Shown here: piece after piece, positions 58,628 to 64,000 of the stretch
Layout: every line of letters starts with the position of its first letter
Position numbering within the stretch: the stretch's first letter is position 1
NCBI GenBank assembly: GCA_047947115.1
Contig: CP170459.1
Span: forward strand, 5,600,001 to 5,664,000
Origin: Verrucomicrobiota bacterium
GTDB taxonomy: Bacteria; Verrucomicrobiota; Verrucomicrobiia; Limisphaerales; AAA164-E04
Direction of reading: 5' to 3'
Length of the DNA: 64,000 nucleotides
Notes under the pieces: generated by a model
What the model was told of the DNA's origin: nothing
What the model saw: the letters and a program-made list of their open reading frames with translations, nothing else
Database searches by the model: none
Made by a program: the position numbers and the translations under genes

Positions 58628-61030
58628 ATGTTGTTTATGACAAACCTGAAACTTCAAACCAGAACGGCTTTTACAGCAATCTGTGTAGGCGTGATGCAGA
58701 TGGTTCCCCCCCCTTCTGTGAATGCTGATCCGCTTCCAGGCACCCAGGCTTTAACAACAGAGAGCGATATCGCTTCCGATTTGGTCGATGGGGTGGATCG
58801 ATTTCTTCTGAAGAAACTCAAGACTTCTGTCGATGACAGGGTTCGCCACTGGGCGAGAGATTTTTCCTCATTGCCCAACTACGTTGCCTCCGTCAATGAT
58901 CAACGAAATCAACTGAAGCATATCTTGGGGATAAAGGATGAACGTGTCTCCTTCCGTCAACCGATGTTTTCAATCAGCGTTGAGGAGTCGTCGCCGATCT
59001 ACATGAAAACCGAGACTTTCAACGCTTACCGCATTCAATGGCCGGTGATTGGAGATGTCGTGGCAGAAGGATTGATGTTGGTGCCCCATTTGCTCACGGT
59101 TCGAAACACCGACCTCCCCATCGAGCCGGAGTTTGCTCAATCCTACGCAGAACGTGCCCTGTCGGATTCTTCCTTTGCGATCGCTCACGTTATCGCCATT
59201 CCGGACGCCGATCAAACTCCCGAGCAACTGGCGGGATTGGCGCCGGGCATCAACGCGACATCACAATTCGCCCGACGCCTGGCCGAATCAGGCTGCCGCG
59301 TGATCATCCCGGATCTGGTCAGCCGCAAAGTGCGTCGCCGACAATCACCCTACGGCGGCTGGGGCTCCGAATTATCAGATCGGGAATTTTTGTACCGATC
59401 GGCGTTTGAAATGGGACGCGGTCTGGTGGGGTATGAGGTCCAATCCGTGCTGAGCCTGGTAGACTGGATTGAATCCAAACAAGGAGACCAACGACGCAGC
59501 ATCGGCGTGATGGGTTATGGCGAGGGAGGCATGATAGGTCTATACGCCGGCGCAGTGGACACGCGTCTGGATGCGGTCTGTGTCAGCGGCTATTTCGGCC
59601 CGCGTGAAATGATTTGGGAACAACCCATTTCCCGGAATCTCTTCGGACTACTGGAACAATTCGGCGATGCCGAGCTGGCTACCCTGGTGGCACCGCGTGG
59701 ATTGGTCATTGAAGCCGCCCCCGGACCAGTCGTCGAACTTCCCGGTAAAGGCGGTGCCCCGGCAAATCTATCAGGACCTGATTCCGGTCTGGTTTATCAG
59801 GAAGTGGCTCGCGCGCGGAAATTGCTTGCCGATTTACCCACTGAAATCCCCATTCGGCTGATCCTTGGAAGCGGACTCCCATTCGGCAGTGAACCCGCAC
59901 TGGAAAGTTTCCTGAACAGTCTCCTCCTCGGACTGAAGCCCGGAGCTGACAAACCCTTTTCAGCACCCATGCCGGATGAAGCCTACATGAGTGCCCGAAA
60001 AGACCGCCTCATCCAAGCCTGGGACAAACACACCCAAGGGCTTTTGTTGAAAAGCCCCTATGAGCGGAAGGCTTACTTCAATGACCTGAAAACCGACTCA
60101 CTGGAAGCTTTTCAACAATCCGTGGAATCCTACCGCGACATCTTTCGCGAGGAAATCATCGGTCAATTCAAGAACCCCCTGCTGCCATTCAACGCCCGAT
60201 CCCGTCAAACTTTTCAAGGGAATGGATGGACCGGTTACGAGGTGGTATTGGATGTGTTTGAAGATGTCATCGCCTACGGTATTTTGTGCCTGCCCGACAA
60301 TATTCAACCCAATGAAAAACGTCCCGTTGTCGTTTGTCAGCATGGACTGGAAGGCAGACCACAGGACATCATAAAGGGCGATCACGAAGCCTATCACGAC
60401 TTCGCCTCCAAACTGGCGGAACGGGGATTCATCACGTTCTCGCCTCAAAATCTTTACATCTTCCGGGACCGCTTCCGCACCCTGCAGCGCAAGGCCTATC
60501 CATTGAAGAAAACCCTTTTCTCCATCATCACGCCCCAACACCAGCAGATCGTCAACTGGCTGAAGACACAACCCAATGTCGATCCCGAACGCATCGCTTT
60601 CTATGGGCTGTCTTACGGAGGAAAAACAGCCATGCGCGTGCCCGCTTTGGTAACCGATTACTGCCTGTCCATTTGTTCGGCGGATTTCAACGACTGGGTA
60701 TGGAAGAATGCGTCAACCCTGACGCCCTACAGCTATGTCTGGTCCGGTGAATATGAGATTTTCGAATTCAATCTGGGGGGCACATTCAACTACTCCGAGA
60801 TGGCGGCCCTGATCGCACCCCGTCCCTTCATGGTGGAACGCGGCCACTTCGACGGCGTGGCACCCGACGAACGGGTGGCTTATGAATTCGCCAAAGTCCG
60901 CCACCTCTATCAGGCCAAACTGGGCATCGGAGATCGATGTGAGATTGAGTGGTTTCCCGGACCACACACCATCCACGGCGAAGCCACCTATGACTTTCTT
61001 CACAAGCATCTCAATTGGCCAAAACCATAA
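58628..61030 (+). CDS. Secreted tandem alpha/beta-hydrolase (dienelactone hydrolase-like)
   Basis: Two modules: GYGEGG..LVAPR and GLSYGG..LIAPRP..D..H. Confidence 0.85.
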   Translation: MLFMTNLKLQTRTAFTAICVGVMQMVPPPSVNADPLPGTQALTTESDIASDLVDGVDRFLLKKLKTSVDDRVRHWARDFSSLPNYVASVNDQRNQLKHILGIKDERVSFRQPMFSISVEESSPIYMKTETFNAYRIQWPVIGDVVAEGLMLVPHLLTVRNTDLPIEPEFAQSYAERALSDSSFAIAHVIAIPDADQTPEQLAGLAPGINATSQFARRLAESGCRVIIPDLVSRKVRRRQSPYGGWGSELSDREFLYRSAFEMGRGLVGYEVQSVLSLVDWIESKQGDQRRSIGVMGYGEGGMIGLYAGAVDTRLDAVCVSGYFGPREMIWEQPISRNLFGLLEQFGDAELATLVAPRGLVIEAAPGPVVELPGKGGAPANLSGPDSGLVYQEVARARKLLADLPTEIPIRLILGSGLPFGSEPALESFLNSLLLGLKPGADKPFSAPMPDEAYMSARKDRLIQAWDKHTQGLLLKSPYERKAYFNDLKTDSLEAFQQSVESYRDIFREEIIGQFKNPLLPFNARSRQTFQGNGWTGYEVVLDVFEDVIAYGILCLPDNIQPNEKRPVVVCQHGLEGRPQDIIKGDHEAYHDFASKLAERGFITFSPQNLYIFRDRFRTLQRKAYPLKKTLFSIITPQHQQIVNWLKTQPNVDPERIAFYGLSYGGKTAMRVPALVTDYCLSICSADFNDWVWKNASTLTPYSYVWSGEYEIFEFNLGGTFNYSEMAALIAPRPFMVERGHFDGVAPDERVAYEFAKVRHLYQAKLGIGDRCEIEWFPGPHTIHGEATYDFLHKHLNWPKP

Positions 61031-61079
61031 CCGGACCTTGCTGGGTTAACGGGATTGTTTGAAGGATCATCCATCGGGC

Positions 61080-64000
61080 ATGAATCATCGATCAAAATAC
61101 CTGCTGGCAACCATGGTGCACGCCACAACCGCATGGTGGTCCGGTTGCACGCCCGAATCGAACCTGCCCGCACCAGTTGAAACCGCAACCCCGAAGACTC
61201 TTCCCCCGAGCTATGAGGCCATTGCATTGACGGTTCCCTCAACAGGACAGGACGGATTCCGGCAAAAACTCCCCATCGAAACGGGATTCCAATTCACCAA
61301 TACACTCAACACAACAATCAACGAAAATGATTTCGATCTGTTGAACGGTTCGGGGGTGGCCCTGGAGGATTTTGACAAGGACGGACTTTGCGATATCTAC
61401 TTCGCAGCCATGTCGGGCAAAAACAAACTGTTTCGTAACCTCGGCAACTGGCGATTCCTGGACGTCACCGAATCGGCCGGTCTCCCGGCATCGATTCCCT
61501 ACTCCAGTGGCGCGGTATTCGAGGATGTGGACGGCGACTCGTATCCGGACCTGCTGGTTTCGGTGTTCGGCTCGGGAGTGAAGATGTTTCAGAATCAAAA
61601 AAACGGCCACTTCACCGACGTCACCCAAAACCATCTGCAAACCCAGACCGGCAGCGCTTCCCTGGCATTGGCCGATGTCGACGGGGATCGCGACCTGGAC
61701 TTGTATGTGGTGAACTACGGCGTCCATACCATGCGCACCAAACTGGACCTGCGTGTGCGAACGGTGCGGGGACAACCCCAGGTCGTGGGACGCTACCGGG
61801 ATTACTACAAAATCATCGACGGAAAACTCGTTGAATACGGAGAGCCGGACACCCTTTATCTCAACGACGGGTCCGGTCGATTCGAACCGGTCTCATGGAC
61901 CAAAGGCACTTTCAAAGACGAACAGGGCACCCCTCTTCAGCACATCTTTCACGATCTGGGACTCTCCGCCATGTTCCGGGATATGAATCACGACGGCCTC
62001 CCCGATCTCTATGTGTGCAACGACTTCCAGACACCCGACCGATGCTGGATCAATCTGGGTAGAGGCACATTTCAATTGATTGATCGGAGAGCCTTGAAAC
62101 GATCGAGTTACTCATCCATGGGAGTTGATTTTGCGGACATCAACCGGGACGGACTGGATGATTTCCTTGTCGTGGATATGCTGAGCCGGGATCACAAACT
62201 CCGCATGACGCAACAAAACGAACCCATCCCGTCAATCACCATCACCGGTGAAACGAAAGCGGATCGCCCCCAGGTCAGTCGCAACACCTTTTTCCTCAAC
62301 GAAGGCAATGGTCACTACGAGGAAGTGGCACATTATGCCGGACTCTATGCCAGCGAATGGGCCTGGTGCCCGGTGTTCCTGGATGTGGATCTGGATGGCT
62401 ACGAGGACGTGGTAATCGTCAACGGGCATGCTCAGGACAACATGGATCGGGACACCCTTCAAAAGCGAAAACAATTTCCAAACTTCTCACCCGAACAATT
62501 GGCGGTGACCTTTCCTGAACTGAAAACACCCAACCTGGCTTTCCGGAATCAAGGGGACATTCGGTTTAAAGAAGTCGGTGAACAGTGGGGATTCAACTCC
62601 AATCAAGTCTCCAACGCGATTGCACTGGCAGATCTGGACAACGACGGAGACCTGGACGCGGTCTTGAACTGCCTGGATGCTCCGGCCTTGATCTACGAAA
62701 ACACTTCCATCAAACCACGAATCGCGGTCAAGCTCATCGGCAAATCCAAAAACGCCCGAGGAATAGGTTCACGCATTGTTTATCGTGAGGGTTCTTTCAG
62801 CCAGAGCCAGGAAATCGTGAGCGGCGGCCGCTATCTTTCCGGAGATCAGGCAATAAGAACTTTTGCCATTATTGAACCGGATGGAAACGGCACCATTGAA
62901 GTTTTCTGGCGCAGTGGAGCGCACACATTGATTGAAAAAGTGAAACCCAATCACCTTTACCAAATCACCGAACCGGGTTTAGTGGACCTCCCCAACCGCG
63001 AGCAATCGCAAACAAACAGCTCGCCAACCTGGTTCAAGGATGTGACGGATCAAATCAAAGTTCCCATGACGGACTTAAGACCAGAAAAAACACCGGGCGC
63101 TACCAAACTGCAAGACATCCGCGCATCCGTCACACCCAAGATCATCTGGGCAGACATGGATAACGACGGAGATGATGATCTGGTGATCAGCGGGCAGAGC
63201 AATGCGACACAATGGTTGGAGAACGACGGATCAGGCAACTTTGCCGTGGCCCACGCCCCTGATCAAATATCCGAACTGACCCTGTATTCCCCCCTCGTAT
63301 CCTTTCAGCATCCGAATGGCACGACAGGCGCTCTGGCCATCCGTCAAGCATTCAGCCCGATACCGGGGGATCACTTGGTTCACTGGCATTCCGACACAAG
63401 GCTGGATTTCGTGTCAGTGGAAATCCCGAAAGCGACCACACTCATTAAAGCCGGTGACTACACCGGCGACAACCTACCCGACATCTATTTGAGCAATCAC
63501 TCCCCAACAACGCCGCTGCAGAACCCAAGCGCATCCCTGTTACTGAAAGCTACCGATGGCGGATACCAGTGGGATCAAACCAACCAACCCGCACTCGACA
63601 AGATCCAACGCGCCACCGATGCCGAATGGATCGATTGGGATCTGGACGGCGATCTGGATCTGCTGGTGGCCTGTGAATGGGGCAGCCTGGAGTTTTTACT
63701 CAATGAACATGGCATCTTCACCCGTTACACCGAAGAAATGGGATTTCATGACCTTAAAGGCATCTGGCTCTCACTGGGAACGGGAGATTTTGATGAGAAT
63801 GGTCGTCCCGACATCATCGCCTGCAACCTGGGGTCCAACACCCCTTGGGCCCAATGGGGCAACGGCCCATTCCGAATATACATCCCAGGCACAAATGACA
63901 ATACCATCCACTTTACCCTTGCCGGCTACAACAAAAACGAACAATGGTGGCCCATCTCGAGCATGGAAGAAGCCATGCCCTGGTTGTCCTTGACCGAAAG
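61080..64000 (+). CDS. FG-GAP/VCBS repeat + ASPIC/UnbV (CRTAC1-like) protein, possible lipoprotein; runs off the window end
   Basis: Not in the ORF track (no stop in the window). Manual translation gives MNHRSKYLLA..WWSGC..NGSGVALEDFDKDGLCDIYF, many DxDxDG loops, SMGVDFADINRDG and GGRYLSGDQ; still in frame at 63600. Confidence 0.9.
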   Translation, partial: MNHRSKYLLATMVHATTAWWSGCTPESNLPAPVETATPKTLPPSYEAIALTVPSTGQDGFRQKLPIETGFQFTNTLNTTINENDFDLLNGSGVALEDFDKDGLCDIYFAAMSGKNKLFRNLGNWRFLDVTESAGLPASIPYSSGAVFEDVDGDSYPDLLVSVFGSGVKMFQNQKNGHFTDVTQNHLQTQTGSASLALADVDGDRDLDLYVVNYGVHTMRTKLDLRVRTVRGQPQVVGRYRDYYKIIDGKLVEYGEPDTLYLNDGSGRFEPVSWTKGTFKDEQGTPLQHIFHDLGLSAMFRDMNHDGLPDLYVCNDFQTPDRCWINLGRGTFQLIDRRALKRSSYSSMGVDFADINRDGLDDFLVVDMLSRDHKLRMTQQNEPIPSITITGETKADRPQVSRNTFFLNEGNGHYEEVAHYAGLYASEWAWCPVFLDVDLDGYEDVVIVNGHAQDNMDRDTLQKRKQFPNFSPEQLAVTFPELKTPNLAFRNQGDIRFKEVGEQWGFNSNQVSNAIALADLDNDGDLDAVLNCLDAPALIYENTSIKPRIAVKLIGKSKNARGIGSRIVYREGSFSQSQEIVSGGRYLSGDQAIRTFAIIEPDGNGTIEVFWRSGAHTLIEKVKPNHLYQITEPGLVDLPNREQSQTNSSPTWFKDVTDQIKVPMTDLRPEKTPGATKLQDIRASVTPKIIWADMDNDGDDDLVISGQSNATQWLENDGSGNFAVAHAPDQISELTLYSPLVSFQHPNGTTGALAIRQAFSPIPGDHLVHWHSDTRLDFVSVEIPKATTLIKAGDYTGDNLPDIYLSNHSPTTPLQNPSASLLLKATDGGYQWDQTNQPALDKIQRATDAEWIDWDLDGDLDLLVACEWGSLEFLLNEHGIFTRYTEEMGFHDLKGIWLSLGTGDFDENGRPDIIACNLGSNTPWAQWGNGPFRIYIPGTNDNTIHFTLAGYNKNEQWWPISSMEEAMPWLSLTE

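Overview
64 kb of a bacterial chromosome, most likely PVC superphylum and probably Verrucomicrobiota. This is inferred from three '[28 protein letters not shown]' prepilin-like genes, two DUF1549/DUF1553-DUF1501 modules and three sulfatases. About 50 genes are present. Housekeeping genes include trpF, xylB, ccsA-hemA-hemC-crcB, ygfZ, pduO, queE, rsmA and cvfB. Accessory genes include dgoK-dgoA, an sxtK/I/J-like carbamoyltransferase trio, a group III globin, a stand-alone CZB protein and a VapBC pair. There is also a sulfatase-amidohydrolase fusion, a TSP_C/HYR surface protein behind a sigma-54-type promoter, an atypical Ser/Thr kinase and a truncated FG-GAP/ASPIC-UnbV protein. The most striking non-coding structure is a 1.34 kb tandem array (363-1698) of ten ~134 bp units, each holding two different inverted GTAG-footed REP-like hairpins plus a third linker hairpin. 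I recognised no rRNA, tRNA, CRISPR array, transposase or integrase. All product calls come from motif recognition by eye, not database searches.
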